A stretch of 64,000 nucleotides of DNA from an uncultured Rikenellaceae bacterium (GCA_964507015.1 CAZDOM010000002.1:4038-68037); one strand, 5' to 3'; counted from the first letter of the stretch, positions 48,305-59,221 are shown. Notes: generated by a model not told the origin, from the letters alone. Translations and numbers: made by a program.

Positions 48305-48475
48305 ATGGCTTACGAAATCAACGAAGATTGCACTGCATGTGGAACATGTATTGATGAGTGTCCAGTTGAAGCTATCTCTGAAGGCGACATCTATAAGATA
48401 GATCCTGATATTTGTACCGATTGCGGTGCTTGTTCAGATGTCTGCCCGGTCGAGGCAATTCATCCTGCAGAGTAA
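48305..48475 (+). CDS. 2x[4Fe-4S] ferredoxin, 56 aa (below the ORF-track length cut-off)
   Basis: Hand translation gives MAYEINEDCTACGTCIDECPVEAISEGDIYKIDPDICTDCGACSDVCPVEAIHPAE*. It has two CxxCxxCxxxCP clusters, its own -7 box, and a strong terminator. Confidence 0.85.
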   Translation: MAYEINEDCTACGTCIDECPVEAISEGDIYKIDPDICTDCGACSDVCPVEAIHPAE

Positions 48476-48492
48476 TGTAATCAGAAGAATGT

Positions 48493-48524
48493 TAAAGGCC
48501 GTTTAATAATGGCCTTTTTTATTT
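48493..48524. terminator. Bidirectional rho-independent terminator shared by the ferredoxin gene and the convergent gldB-like gene
   Basis: The stem AAAGGCC (48493-48499) / GGCCTTT (48510-48516) is followed by TTTTATTTT. Confidence 0.6.
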
Positions 48525-49580
48525 TGGATCATATCTTGCACCCCCAAGAATACCCTGAATGTCTGCATCTTCCATCATCTCACCAATAAGAACCCTGTTC
48601 CTTATCATATAAGATTCTATTATTTTGAATCCCAGCCAGATTGCTGCTCTTCCGGGTGATTCATTTGTAAAAAAAGTAGTAAAGGGAGCCTCGCCTGTCA
48701 GCTTTCTGATAATAAACTGATCGGTACTGAAAAGAAGATCATGTTCAATAAGATAGTGCCACATCTGCATTTCATTGTTCCTGCAGAATTTCATCTGTTC
48801 TGCTGTAAACCCGAATAGTATAGTATCATTTACTGAAGGCATCATGCATTTCTGAAAATACTTCAGCTTTCCTTCATGCATAATACTGGCCAAAACATTG
48901 TCAGCAGGATAACCAATATAATCATATTCCCATTCCGAGGAAGCCCATCCATAAATACAATCAGGAACTATATTCCATGAATTCATTCTGGCAGCTATAT
49001 ACCTGTAAATCTGAAGCCGGAAATAATACTCGCAATCACTCCCCAGATATCTGTCTAGCCCGATACCAATAACAGTATCTCCAATGATCAGACTATTGTT
49101 AAAACCTGTGATACAGGTAAAAACTGATGGTACCTTTTTCCCGGGGAAATAATATTTATAATACCGAAATGAATTTCCCAGTTCATCCTCTAATGCTGAG
49201 ACATCAGGATACTTCTCAATAACAGACTGGTAAACTTCATAATTAAGTTTATCGGTACAAAAAGCAGTCAGGTGTTCTGCAAAAAGTGAATCATCTACGT
49301 CACCGGAATTAGTTACATAACAGAAAAGCTGAAGAGATTCTCCATATTTTTCCTTTAATTCCGGAATTGTGGAAGCAATCTCAGCAGGATCGATCGAAAA
49401 AAGGTCCTTTTCAAGTCTCTTTATCCCGATGTCAACTGAAACAGAAGAGATATCTACCCGGTATGGATTCCGTTTGCAGGATGTTAATCCGGCTATAAGA
49501 ACAAGTGCAAAAATGACTCCTGCATAACCAGCTTTCATAACAGATATCTTAATAAGTTCCCGAAAGTAAATACTTTTCAT
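48519..49580 (-). CDS. Lipoprotein, GldB-like (gliding-motility lipoprotein family / DUF2268-like)
   Basis: The lipobox is GLTSC. The likely start is the ATG at 49538 (MKAGYAG...). After the Cys, ...VDISSVSVDIGIKRLEKDLF... resembles the GldB N-terminal pattern. The family call is made from memory of that pattern only. Confidence 0.45.
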   Translation of the reverse strand: MKSIYFRELIKISVMKAGYAGVIFALVLIAGLTSCKRNPYRVDISSVSVDIGIKRLEKDLFSIDPAEIASTIPELKEKYGESLQLFCYVTNSGDVDDSLFAEHLTAFCTDKLNYEVYQSVIEKYPDVSALEDELGNSFRYYKYYFPGKKVPSVFTCITGFNNSLIIGDTVIGIGLDRYLGSDCEYYFRLQIYRYIAARMNSWNIVPDCIYGWASSEWEYDYIGYPADNVLASIMHEGKLKYFQKCMMPSVNDTILFGFTAEQMKFCRNNEMQMWHYLIEHDLLFSTDQFIIRKLTGEAPFTTFFTNESPGRAAIWLGFKIIESYMIRNRVLIGEMMEDADIQGILGGARYDPK

Positions 49581-49676
49581 GGTTATGACAACTATTATCC
49601 ATTACTAATAACTTCAATTATTATTTCTTATTTTTACTGCTCTGATAATTTATTAAATATAATAACTCCTGAAATT

Positions 49677-50384
49677 ATGGAATTTGAAAAACGAAAATAC
49701 CGGGGAAGGAGAATCCTGCTGGTTCTGCTGTTTTTTTATTTTATAACACTAACTTCAAGAGCTCAGCAAAATATAAGCATCGGATTACATTTTGATCCTC
49801 TTATCAGCTGGTTCGGAACTGATATTAATGAGGTTAAGAATAACGGGGCACGACCTGGAATAAATTTCGGGCTTTCATTTTACAAATCTTTTAATCCAAA
49901 TTATGCCTTTTCCACTGGAATAAACCTTGTCAGTGCTGCCGGCCGGCTCACCTGCAGCGATACTACCAGACTTGAGCCATATAATCTTGACGATCAGCAA
50001 ATAACAGTAAACCCAAATGATGCCGTCCTTTATAAAATACAATATGTGGAAATTCCTTTGGGACTAAAGCTCAGAACCAATGAGATTGGTTATCTTACCT
50101 TTTTCTCAGATGTAGGTATTGATCCTAAAATAATGGTAGGCGGGAAGATGGATATCCCGGCACTCGATATAGAAGGAGAAAAAGCAATGGCAGAACTAAA
50201 AATATTCAACCTGTCATACCATATCATCGCCGGTATTGAGTACGGTCTTGGAGGTAATACGGCTGCCATTTTCGGACTGGGTTTCCATAATAATTTCCTT
50301 GACGTAACCAAAGATAACGGCGAGCAGCCTGAAGACAAAGTAACACATAGAATGATTTCAATAAGACTGGGTATCAATTTCTAG
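49677..50384 (+). CDS. Small outer-membrane beta-barrel (porin-family/PorT-like) protein
   Basis: There is a signal peptide (TSRAQQ). The ~210-aa mature part has alternating beta-strand patterns and ends ...ISIRLGINF. Confidence 0.55.
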   Translation: MEFEKRKYRGRRILLVLLFFYFITLTSRAQQNISIGLHFDPLISWFGTDINEVKNNGARPGINFGLSFYKSFNPNYAFSTGINLVSAAGRLTCSDTTRLEPYNLDDQQITVNPNDAVLYKIQYVEIPLGLKLRTNEIGYLTFFSDVGIDPKIMVGGKMDIPALDIEGEKAMAELKIFNLSYHIIAGIEYGLGGNTAAIFGLGFHNNFLDVTKDNGEQPEDKVTHRMISIRLGINF

Positions 50385-50394
50385 GCCATCCCTC

Positions 50395-52047
50395 ATGAAG
50401 ATAACCGTTGCACAGCTGAATTATCATATTGGAAATTTTACCTCCAACAAGGATCAGATTTGCCAGGCTATTGGTAAAGCTAAAGATGAAGGTTCGGAAC
50501 TTGTTGTATTTTCAGAGCTTTGCATACCGGGATACCCTCCTCTTGACCTGCTCGACAGATTTGATTTCATTGAGAAGTGTAATAAAACCGTTGAGGAGAT
50601 ATCTAAAGAGTGCAGGGGGATTACTGCAATCGTAGGATCACCGGTGATAAATAATAATCCGCACGGTAAAAAACTATATAATTCGGCACTTGTTCTTTCG
50701 GAGGGAAAGATCATTTTTTCTGCAAACAAGGCTCTTCTTCCTACCTATGATATTTTTGATGAATACAGATATTTTGAACCCGGTAAAGATTTTAAAGTAT
50801 TCTCCTTCAAGGGAATAAAGATAGCCTTAACCATATGTGAAGATCTGTGGGATGAACAATCGTTTGATAACGAGTTTGAGAAAAAACGTCTTTACACCAT
50901 ATCACCAATGAATGAACTTTCAAAACAGGAACCTGATATCATTATAAACATTTCGGCATCTCCGTTTTCATATACAAAAACCCAAATCAAAGAGGATATT
51001 TTTAAAAGCAAGGCAGCCCGGAATAAAATACCTCTGATAACTGTAAACCAGACAGGAGCAAATACAGAATTGATATTTGATGGTGCATCGATGATAATAA
51101 ACAGTGAGGGAGAGATCTGCAAGAGGTTCCCATTCTTTGAGGAGGCTGTGGAGACTTTTACCACTGATTCTATTTTGGAGGGTACATTATTACCTGGTGC
51201 AGAAAAACCATCATCAATTGAACTTGTCTATAAAGCTCTTGTGACAGGTATTCGTGACTATTTTACCAAAACAAACCTCAGCACCTGTATAGTAGGTCTA
51301 TCAGGAGGTATAGACTCTGCATTATGTCTCTGCCTGGCTGTTAAGGCTCTTGGGAATGAAAATGTAAGAGCCTTACTAATGCCCTCCCGATACTCATCAG
51401 AACACTCAGTGAGTGACGCTGTTGATCTGGCCAAAAGACTCAATGTACAATATGATATTATAAATATAGAAAAACCCTTCAATGCATTTGAGGAAGATCT
51501 TGCACCCCTGTTTGTTGGCAAAGAACCAGATGTTACAGAAGAAAACCTCCAGGCCAGGATCAGGGCTGTTTTTCTTATGGCTGTTTCAAACAAGTATGGA
51601 TGTATCTTGTTGAATACTTCAAACAAAAGCGAGGCAGCTGTAGGCTATGGAACCCTTTATGGTGATATGGCAGGTGGATTATCAGTACTTGGTGATATCT
51701 ATAAGACTGATATATATAAGCTCGCCCGCTTTATTAACAGAGATACTGAAATAATACCATCAAATATAATTAACAAACTACCTTCTGCTGAACTCAGAAC
51801 AAATCAGCTTGATACAGACTCACTGCCTGATTATAAAATACTTGACTCAATTTTGTATCAATATATAGAACTTCAAAAACCTATGGAACGCATTTCAGGT
51901 GAGGGTTTTGATTTTGAAACAGTAAAGAAGGTCATTACATTGATCAACTGTAATGAGTACAAGAGATTCCAGTCACCCCCGGTACTGAGGATATCCTCCA
52001 AATCGTTCGGAACGGGAAGAAGGATGCCGATTGTGGCTAAATACTAA
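50395..52047 (+). CDS. nadE: Glutamine-dependent NAD+ synthetase NadE (nitrilase-like + NAD synthetase domains)
   Basis: The N-terminal CN-hydrolase domain has VFSELCIPGY and the catalytic Cys context LTICEDLW. The C-terminal domain has the P-loop GLSGGIDSA and ...NKSEAAVGYGTLYGDM. Confidence 0.9.
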   Translation: MKITVAQLNYHIGNFTSNKDQICQAIGKAKDEGSELVVFSELCIPGYPPLDLLDRFDFIEKCNKTVEEISKECRGITAIVGSPVINNNPHGKKLYNSALVLSEGKIIFSANKALLPTYDIFDEYRYFEPGKDFKVFSFKGIKIALTICEDLWDEQSFDNEFEKKRLYTISPMNELSKQEPDIIINISASPFSYTKTQIKEDIFKSKAARNKIPLITVNQTGANTELIFDGASMIINSEGEICKRFPFFEEAVETFTTDSILEGTLLPGAEKPSSIELVYKALVTGIRDYFTKTNLSTCIVGLSGGIDSALCLCLAVKALGNENVRALLMPSRYSSEHSVSDAVDLAKRLNVQYDIINIEKPFNAFEEDLAPLFVGKEPDVTEENLQARIRAVFLMAVSNKYGCILLNTSNKSEAAVGYGTLYGDMAGGLSVLGDIYKTDIYKLARFINRDTEIIPSNIINKLPSAELRTNQLDTDSLPDYKILDSILYQYIELQKPMERISGEGFDFETVKKVITLINCNEYKRFQSPPVLRISSKSFGTGRRMPIVAKY

Positions 52048-52080
52048 ATCTAATAATTGATTATACTATTATTATTCAGG

Positions 52081-54543
52081 TTATTCCCTGAAAAAAACTC
52101 TTTTTACCCTTGCAGGTATTGACGTTAGTATCTCATATGGAATAGTATCGCATTTTTCAGCAAGTTCATCAATTTTGATATTCTCACCGAATATCTCTAC
52201 TTCATCACCCTCATATGTATCGATTCCTGTAATATCTGCCATACACATATCCATGCAGACATTGCCGGTTACAGAGACTCTGTGCCCCTTAATAAAAAAT
52301 GATCCAATTCCGTTTCCCAGTTTCCTGTTAAGTCCATCAGCATACCCTACCGGGAGTATTGCTATAACCCTCTCATTATCTGAGACATCAGCACATCCAT
52401 AACCAACAGGCTCCCCGGCTGGAACAATCTTTATCTGAGATATCCTGGTTTTAAAACGCCCTGCCGGTTTAAGTGTTAATCCGCTTATTATACCCACACC
52501 ATACAACCCTATGCCGGGTCTTACCATTTCAAACTGATATTCCGGAAAGCGAACTATTGCAGCTGAGTTACAAATATGTCGAATCACAGGGTATCCAATT
52601 TTATCGCTGATCTTACGGGCAGCATTAATAAATGTTTCAGCCTGATGATGAGAAAAAGTGTCATAACCAGGATCCTCACTAGCAGCAAAATGCGATAATA
52701 CAGATATTATCCTGATTGATTCTGCTGGTTTTATAATTGATATAAGTTTATCTGTATCTCCGGGCATAAAACCAAGCCGGTGCATTCCTGAATCGATTTT
52801 AATATGTACAGGGTAATCTATTAGTCCATACCTGGATGCTATATCAGTAAATCGTTCAAGAGAAAAAAAGCTAAATATTTCTGGTTCAAGGTCATATTTT
52901 ATTAACTGTTCCAGAGATGACGGATCAGGATTCATCACCATTACAGGTAGTGTGACACCCGCGTTTCTCAGCTCTATTCCTTCATCAGTATAAGCTACAG
53001 CAAGATAGCTTACACGGTGAAACTCCAGAAGACTGGCTATTTCAGACGAACCTGAACCATAGGCAAATGCTTTCACCATTGCCATAATATGTGTACCCGG
53101 ATCGAGAGACCTCCGGAATTCATTGAGATTATGTGCAATAGCATCGAGGTTTACTTCAAGGAGAGTCTGATGTACTTTTTGCTCAAGTAGTTTCCCAATC
53201 CTTTCAAATTCAAAAATACGTGCCCCCTTAAGCAGTATAATTTCATCGGTGAACATCGAGGGTCTGAAACGCTGTATAAATTCATCAGTGGAATAATAAA
53301 AACTGGCTTCATTGCTGAATAATGAAGCATTACGTGATAATCCGGGACCAATCCCAATAAATCTTTTTATCCTGTTTTTCCTGACCTGGTCAGCTACACT
53401 TCCGTACAGATCTTTTTCGTCACGTCCGCTCTGAACAAAATCTGAAAGTATAAGAGTCCTCTGCATCCTCCCCTCACCCTTCAGGTATTCTATGGCAATA
53501 CTAAGAGAGCCCGGATCAGAATTATAATAATCCTCTATAAGCTGGCAGTTATTAATTCCTGCTTTCATCTCCATACGCATTGCTACCGGTACAAGAGCGT
53601 TTAAACCCTTCCTTATAATATCGGGATCGGTCCCCATTGTAAGACATACCGCAGTGACAGTCATTGCATTCTCGACTGAAGCACGGTCATTGAAGGGAAT
53701 CCTGAAATCATAAGAGTTCCCGTGGAATTTCACTTCGAGACCTGTGGTTCCATCAGGAAAAGATTTTTTTTCGAAAAATATACTTGCATTTTTGTTATTA
53801 CCAGACCAGTCGATTAATCTTTTTTCCCTGAATAATTTCTCCTTAGTTAAAAGTTCATGAATAGTGTTATAATCGCTACAATATATTATTGCAGAGACAT
53901 TTACAAATAACTTCAGTTTTTCCCTGGCCTTGGAAAGTAAATCCGAAAAGTTCTCACTATGCGCATCACCTATATTAGTAATTACACCAATATCAGGTTC
54001 AATGATATGCCTGAGTTTTTCCATTTCATCCGGCCGGGATATTCCTGCCTCAAATATTGCCAGTTTAAACTTTTCATCCAGTCTCAATACCGAAAGTGGA
54101 ACTCCTACCTGGGAATTATAGCTCCTTGGGCTTCTTATCACAGGTGTACTAAGTCCAAGAATATCTGCAAGCCATTCTTTAACAATTGTTTTACCTGTGC
54201 TTCCAGTTACAGAAATTACAGTCGACTTAAAATTCTTCCGGTGATGAGCTGCCAGATCCTGCAGTGCAGTAATCGTGTTTTTTACCTGTATCAAGGCTGT
54301 CTCTTCGTATTGCCCTATATTTTCAGGTAATCTTTCAACAATAAATGTTTTTACTCCTTTAGTGTATAAAGAATTTATAAAAGAATGACCATCATGATTC
54401 TTCCCTGATATTGCAAAGAATGCAAGTCCCTCATTAAAGCTGTACTTCCGGCTGTCTGTAATTATATCCTGAACCGGCAGATCATGTCTTCCTGTCAGAG
54501 TTCCACATACAATTTGTGCAATATCACTGGACGTCAGTCTCAT
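52081..54543 (-). CDS. Bifunctional UDP-N-acetylmuramoyl-tripeptide--D-alanyl-D-alanine ligase (MurF) / alanine racemase (Alr) fusion
   Basis: The N-terminal half is MurF-like with the P-loop VTGSTGKT. The C-terminal half has the alanine racemase PLP-lysine motif MVKAFAYGSG and ...VCMDMCM. Confidence 0.88.
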   Translation of the reverse strand: MRLTSSDIAQIVCGTLTGRHDLPVQDIITDSRKYSFNEGLAFFAISGKNHDGHSFINSLYTKGVKTFIVERLPENIGQYEETALIQVKNTITALQDLAAHHRKNFKSTVISVTGSTGKTIVKEWLADILGLSTPVIRSPRSYNSQVGVPLSVLRLDEKFKLAIFEAGISRPDEMEKLRHIIEPDIGVITNIGDAHSENFSDLLSKAREKLKLFVNVSAIIYCSDYNTIHELLTKEKLFREKRLIDWSGNNKNASIFFEKKSFPDGTTGLEVKFHGNSYDFRIPFNDRASVENAMTVTAVCLTMGTDPDIIRKGLNALVPVAMRMEMKAGINNCQLIEDYYNSDPGSLSIAIEYLKGEGRMQRTLILSDFVQSGRDEKDLYGSVADQVRKNRIKRFIGIGPGLSRNASLFSNEASFYYSTDEFIQRFRPSMFTDEIILLKGARIFEFERIGKLLEQKVHQTLLEVNLDAIAHNLNEFRRSLDPGTHIMAMVKAFAYGSGSSEIASLLEFHRVSYLAVAYTDEGIELRNAGVTLPVMVMNPDPSSLEQLIKYDLEPEIFSFFSLERFTDIASRYGLIDYPVHIKIDSGMHRLGFMPGDTDKLISIIKPAESIRIISVLSHFAASEDPGYDTFSHHQAETFINAARKISDKIGYPVIRHICNSAAIVRFPEYQFEMVRPGIGLYGVGIISGLTLKPAGRFKTRISQIKIVPAGEPVGYGCADVSDNERVIAILPVGYADGLNRKLGNGIGSFFIKGHRVSVTGNVCMDMCMADITGIDTYEGDEVEIFGENIKIDELAEKCDTIPYEILTSIPARVKRVFFRE

Positions 54544-55128
54544 CTATTTCTTGCCTGTTGCTTTATTGAAACATATTCTGCACAATGGTTCATATTTATC
54601 TTTTTCACCCAGGACAACAACCTGTTTCTCTTCTGATTTTCTGTATGAATATTGGGCAAGGTTACCGCATCTCATACATATTGCATGCACCTTGGTTATA
54701 TATTCGGCTATTGCCAGAAGATCCGGCATCGGGCCGAAAGGATCTCCCTGAAAATCCATATCCAGACCTGCAACCACTACCCTTATTCCACTATCAGCAA
54801 GTTTATTACATACATCAACAATTGTATCATCAAAAAACTGTGCTTCATCAATACCAACTACCTGAACATCACCTGTCAATAATATAATGGATGAGGCATT
54901 TTCAACAGGTGTTGAAATAATAGATTTTTCATCATGTGATACAATTCTTGATTCAGAATACCTTTTATCTGTGGATGGTTTGAATATCTCCACCTTTAAT
55001 CCGGCATATTGGGCCCTTCTCAGCCTTCTAATCAGTTCTTCTGTCTTCCCTGAAAACATAGAACCTGTAATTACCTCTATTGAGCCTCGCTTGCCGGCCT
55101 GTATTACTGAATTCTCTAGAAAATCCAT
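54544..55128 (-). CDS. tdk: Thymidine kinase
   Basis: The P-loop is [12 protein letters not shown], followed by VGIDEAQFF and zinc-ribbon cysteines CMRCG...CRIC. Confidence 0.92.
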   Translation of the reverse strand: MDFLENSVIQAGKRGSIEVITGSMFSGKTEELIRRLRRAQYAGLKVEIFKPSTDKRYSESRIVSHDEKSIISTPVENASSIILLTGDVQVVGIDEAQFFDDTIVDVCNKLADSGIRVVVAGLDMDFQGDPFGPMPDLLAIAEYITKVHAICMRCGNLAQYSYRKSEEKQVVVLGEKDKYEPLCRICFNKATGKK

Positions 55129-55196
55129 CTGAAATTATCCTCTGCGCTTGTATACCATTTTACAATAATGTCCCGTTCTGACTTGAGAATATTAGT

Positions 55197-55204
55197 TACT
55201 TTTG
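55197..55204 (+). promoter_or_regulatory. Candidate -7 box TACTTTTG
   Basis: This is a perfect TAnnTTTG match 38 nt upstream of the ATG at 55243. Confidence 0.3.
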
Positions 55205-55242
55205 CAAAATAAGGAAATTGGTTTGTTTTATTAACAAGAAAA

Positions 55243-55851
55243 GTGATGGATTTCAACAAGACTGTTGATTTAATTATTAAAGATCTTGAGGAGGCACGGG
55301 AAATCATTGATGATCTTAAAAACTATCCGGGGGTGCCCATTTTGCAGATTGAAATGGCAAAATCGAAATGCAAGAGTGCCGGAGAAATAATTGCACTGCT
55401 TAAAAGCATTCATAACCAGGTGCCTGTTGATGACAGGACAAAGACACCAGATGTTGATGAGGCTGTTAAAAAAACCGAAATCCCTGATGATAAAATTGGT
55501 GATGATAAAAAGGAATCTGGCACAATTGGTGATTCATATGGACTGATAGACAGATTGAATGAGCAGATGGGAATCACCAGAGGAAGTGATAATGTTACAG
55601 AGATAATTAAAGCTAAACCACTTGCAAATCTTGATGATGCTATAGGTGTAAATGATAAATTTCTTTTCATCAGGGAGATTTTTAATGGAAGTCCCGAGTC
55701 ATATGATCAGGCTATTGAATGGCTTAACAGTGTAAAAACCTTTACCGAGGCCAGAGATGTCCTTATCAGTTATACCGGAGACATTAAAGAGACAAAGGCT
55801 GTCAGGCAGTTTCTTGATATTGTAAAACGTAAATTCCCATCCAATGAGTAG
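55243..55851 (+). CDS. Hypothetical protein (helical ends, acidic low-complexity middle)
   Basis: This is an ORF with no recognisable catalytic motif. It overlaps the rsmI start by 8 nt, which suggests co-translation. Confidence 0.5.
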   Translation: MMDFNKTVDLIIKDLEEAREIIDDLKNYPGVPILQIEMAKSKCKSAGEIIALLKSIHNQVPVDDRTKTPDVDEAVKKTEIPDDKIGDDKKESGTIGDSYGLIDRLNEQMGITRGSDNVTEIIKAKPLANLDDAIGVNDKFLFIREIFNGSPESYDQAIEWLNSVKTFTEARDVLISYTGDIKETKAVRQFLDIVKRKFPSNE

Positions 55852-56518
55852 ACTATACCTTGTCCCTACTCCTATTGGCAATCTAAAGGACATAACATTG
55901 AGAGCTATTGAAATACTTTCCTCTGTTGATCTTATCCTTGCAGAGGACACAAGGCATGCTTCAATACTTCTAAAACATTACAAAATAAGTTCACCCCTCC
56001 AGTCACACCATAAATTCAACGAACATAAAAGTGTAATATCAATCTGTGACAGAATACTTTCAGGGACATCCACCGCCCTTATTTCTGATGCAGGCACTCC
56101 GGGAATATCTGACCCTGGTTTTCTGCTTGTCAGAACATGCCTTGAAAAAGGTATTCCTGTTGAGACTCTGCCGGGACCTACTGCATTGATACCCGCTCTG
56201 GTAAATTCGGGACTGCCCAGTGAACGTTTTTGCTTTGAGGGGTTCCTTCCTCATAAGAAGGGAAGATTGAAAAGACTTACCGAACTGGAAAAAGAGACAC
56301 GTACAATGATATTCTACGAATCTCCTTACAGACTTGTGAAAAGTCTCGGAGATATGGCAATACATTTTGGCAACGACAGAGAAGCATGTGTGTCAAGAGA
56401 ACTGAGCAAGGTTTTTGAAGAAAACAACAGGGGTTCATTATCGTATCTTACAGAATATTATCAAAAAACAATTCCAAAAGGAGAAATCGTAATAGTTGTG
56501 GCCGGAAAGAAAGAATAG
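55844..56518 (+). CDS. rsmI: 16S rRNA (cytidine1402-2'-O)-methyltransferase RsmI
   Basis: The sequence reads LYLVPTPIGNLKDITLRAIEIL...ILAEDTR...SDAGTPGISDPG...FEGFLP. Confidence 0.9.
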   Translation: MSRLYLVPTPIGNLKDITLRAIEILSSVDLILAEDTRHASILLKHYKISSPLQSHHKFNEHKSVISICDRILSGTSTALISDAGTPGISDPGFLLVRTCLEKGIPVETLPGPTALIPALVNSGLPSERFCFEGFLPHKKGRLKRLTELEKETRTMIFYESPYRLVKSLGDMAIHFGNDREACVSRELSKVFEENNRGSLSYLTEYYQKTIPKGEIVIVVAGKKE

Positions 56519-56524
56519 TCTGAT

Positions 56525-59218
56525 ATGAAACGTATTATTATTCTTATTAAACTGATTATACTTTTCCCCAGCATTATTTGCGCCCAAACACTTAAGGGCA
56601 GGATAACTAATGAAGCAGGTGAACCAATTCAGTATGCCACAGTATATATCCAGGAACTCAGACAGGGGACAACAGCCAACGTCAAGGGGGATTATGAAAT
56701 AAAGCTGCCGGCCGGAAAATACATGGTAACTTATCAGAGCCTGGGTTACTCTCCCATCTTCTATGATATTACAATTTCTGACCAGACAATCACAAGGAAT
56801 ATTACTCTTCCAATGCAGTATTATGAGATACCCGAGGTAAGGATCACCGCCTCCGGTGAAGATCCGGCATATAGTATTATGAGAAAGGCCATTGGTATGG
56901 CTCCATATTACCTTAATAACATAAGTTACTATAAAGCAGACGTTTATCTAAAGGGAAATCTTGTTTTCAATAAGATCCCCAGGCTGATGAAAAAAGCCAT
57001 GAAGATTGAAGCATCAAATGAAAATGGAACAAGCGTCAGCACCACAACAATAAAGGAGGGTGACGTCTATTTGATGGAATCATATAATGAAATTGAATTT
57101 ACAGCACCCGATAAATATATTCAAAAGGTTATATCCATTAACAGTACATTCCCTGATGAGGGTGATAATAATTCACCAATGGATATTATAAATGCCAGCT
57201 TCTATCAACCGGTAATTGCCGATATTGCCATTTCACCGCTTTCACCACAAGCATTCTCACACTATAATTTTATATACCTGGGAGCAACACCACAGGGCAA
57301 TATAATAATCAATAAAATTAAGGTTACTCCGAAGAGAAAAAGCCAACAGCTCTTTGAAGGTGTTATCTATATTATTGAAGATCTGTGGTGTCTTTACAGT
57401 GTTGACCTCACAAACGATAATATTGCCGGACAGATTAATGTTCAACAGTTATATATACCCATTCAGGATGATATATGGTTGCCCGTAAGTCATAAGTTCA
57501 AAGTTAATCTTGAAATAGTGGGTATAAGGGCTGAAGCAAGTTACGGCAGTTCAGTAAAATATACCGAAGTAATACCAAATACTGCTCTCAGGAAACCTGA
57601 ATCTGTTGATGTAAATTACTTCGGTAAACAATCAGATGCACAGGTACAACAGGATCAGCCGGTAACCAAAAACCAGGAAAAAATAGAGGAGATCCTTGAA
57701 AAGGATGAGTTGTCAAACCGTGATATGATGAAACTTGCCCGGCTTATGGAGAAGGAGACAGAAGAGATCAAGCCTGACAGTATAAGAAACAATCTTGAAA
57801 TAGAAGATAAAACAATCACAACTGTAGAAGAGGATGCAAATAAGAAAGACAGCACATACTGGGCCCGGGTAAGACCCATACCACTTTCCGAACTTGAGTT
57901 GAAAAGCATAAAGATCCGTGACAGCATAAAGATGGAATCATCAGTCAGGAAGATGAATAATGATACTATCCCAAATAGCCAGAAAAAGAAAAAGAAAAAA
58001 TTCGTAAAGACCCTGAATGATATTTGTTTCGGTCATACATGGGCTGATACATCAGGATTCAGTTTACGGTTTGACGGACTTATTGATCTTGAAAACTTCA
58101 GTTTCAATACAGTTAACGGATTTGTACACGGAATAAACTTTGGCATTTCCAAGAGATGGGATAATACATCTCTGTCATTCAACCCTGATATCTTTTATGC
58201 TTTCAGTCGTGAGAAGGTGATGTGGAGGATCAATGCCAATTATTATTATGACAGGCTCAGGAACAGACAGTTTTATTTCAGGACCGGGATTATGAGCAGA
58301 GACATTGGAACAGGAGGAAGTATTAATCCTTTCCTTAATTCCATTACCTCCCTGTTCTTCGAGAAGAACTATCTTAAGTTATACGAAAACAAATATTTCG
58401 CCTTTGGCCACAGGAGTCGTATTTCTACCGGGCTTAACCTTGACCTGACTGCTGAATATGATGAAAGAAGGGTCCTTGATAACAATACAACATTTACATT
58501 TATCAATACATCATCTGAATATTCGGATAACATACCAGATAACTTTTATTTGTCAGATGATGCAGATAGTATGTATGCTCTGAGAGACCAGAAACATTTT
58601 GAATTTGTAACAAATGTTACATTTACCCCGCGTCAGAAATACAGGATAATAAATGATGTTAAAGTACCCTGGGGATCAGACTGGCCAACATTCAGTCTGA
58701 CATGGAAACATGGGATTAATGAGTTCGCTGAGCTTACTGACAGATACCGGCACTTTGATATGATCAGGTTGGAAGCATCAAAGGAGCACAATATGGGTGC
58801 CTTCAGTGAATTCAGGTGGAGAGTAAGAACAGGTGGTATTATAAACAAGAAAAGTCTTACGTGGTATGATTTTTTACATTTTAATTCACAGCCTCTCCCT
58901 GTTCTGATCAATAATTACCAGGATGCCTTCAGGCTTACTGACTATTATTCTTTGAGTACTCCTGAATTATTTGGTGAAGTACATATCAAGTATACCACAC
59001 CCTACTTATTGCTCAAGTTCCTGCCGGGTCTAAGTAAAACTCTGATACGTGAAAACCTGAGTATTTCCTGGCTTGGATCCGAATTTCACAAAAGCTATAC
59101 TGAAATTGGATACAGCATCACAGAGTTATTACTTGTTGGAGAGCTGGGAATATATGCCGGATTCAAAAACGTGACATACGAAAGCATTGGTGTACGTCTG
59201 GTTTTAAAGTTGAACTAA
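56525..59218 (+). CDS. CarboxypepD_reg-like + DUF5686-type large outer-membrane-associated protein
   Basis: A signal peptide is followed by the carboxypeptidase-regulatory-like fold signature LKGRITNEAGEPIQYATVYI...GDYEIKLPAGKYMVTYQSLGY. The C-terminal region is long and beta-rich. Confidence 0.65.
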   Translation: MKRIIILIKLIILFPSIICAQTLKGRITNEAGEPIQYATVYIQELRQGTTANVKGDYEIKLPAGKYMVTYQSLGYSPIFYDITISDQTITRNITLPMQYYEIPEVRITASGEDPAYSIMRKAIGMAPYYLNNISYYKADVYLKGNLVFNKIPRLMKKAMKIEASNENGTSVSTTTIKEGDVYLMESYNEIEFTAPDKYIQKVISINSTFPDEGDNNSPMDIINASFYQPVIADIAISPLSPQAFSHYNFIYLGATPQGNIIINKIKVTPKRKSQQLFEGVIYIIEDLWCLYSVDLTNDNIAGQINVQQLYIPIQDDIWLPVSHKFKVNLEIVGIRAEASYGSSVKYTEVIPNTALRKPESVDVNYFGKQSDAQVQQDQPVTKNQEKIEEILEKDELSNRDMMKLARLMEKETEEIKPDSIRNNLEIEDKTITTVEEDANKKDSTYWARVRPIPLSELELKSIKIRDSIKMESSVRKMNNDTIPNSQKKKKKKFVKTLNDICFGHTWADTSGFSLRFDGLIDLENFSFNTVNGFVHGINFGISKRWDNTSLSFNPDIFYAFSREKVMWRINANYYYDRLRNRQFYFRTGIMSRDIGTGGSINPFLNSITSLFFEKNYLKLYENKYFAFGHRSRISTGLNLDLTAEYDERRVLDNNTTFTFINTSSEYSDNIPDNFYLSDDADSMYALRDQKHFEFVTNVTFTPRQKYRIINDVKVPWGSDWPTFSLTWKHGINEFAELTDRYRHFDMIRLEASKEHNMGAFSEFRWRVRTGGIINKKSLTWYDFLHFNSQPLPVLINNYQDAFRLTDYYSLSTPELFGEVHIKYTTPYLLLKFLPGLSKTLIRENLSISWLGSEFHKSYTEIGYSITELLLVGELGIYAGFKNVTYESIGVRLVLKLN

Positions 59219-59221
59219 CGA

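Noticed and set aside
57970-57995. Purine tract AGAAAAAGAAAAAGAAAAAA encoding QKKKKKKF in the DUF5686-type gene
   Set aside because: It is an in-frame poly-Lys linker within a long ORF. There is no evidence of frameshifting or of alternative products in the other frames.
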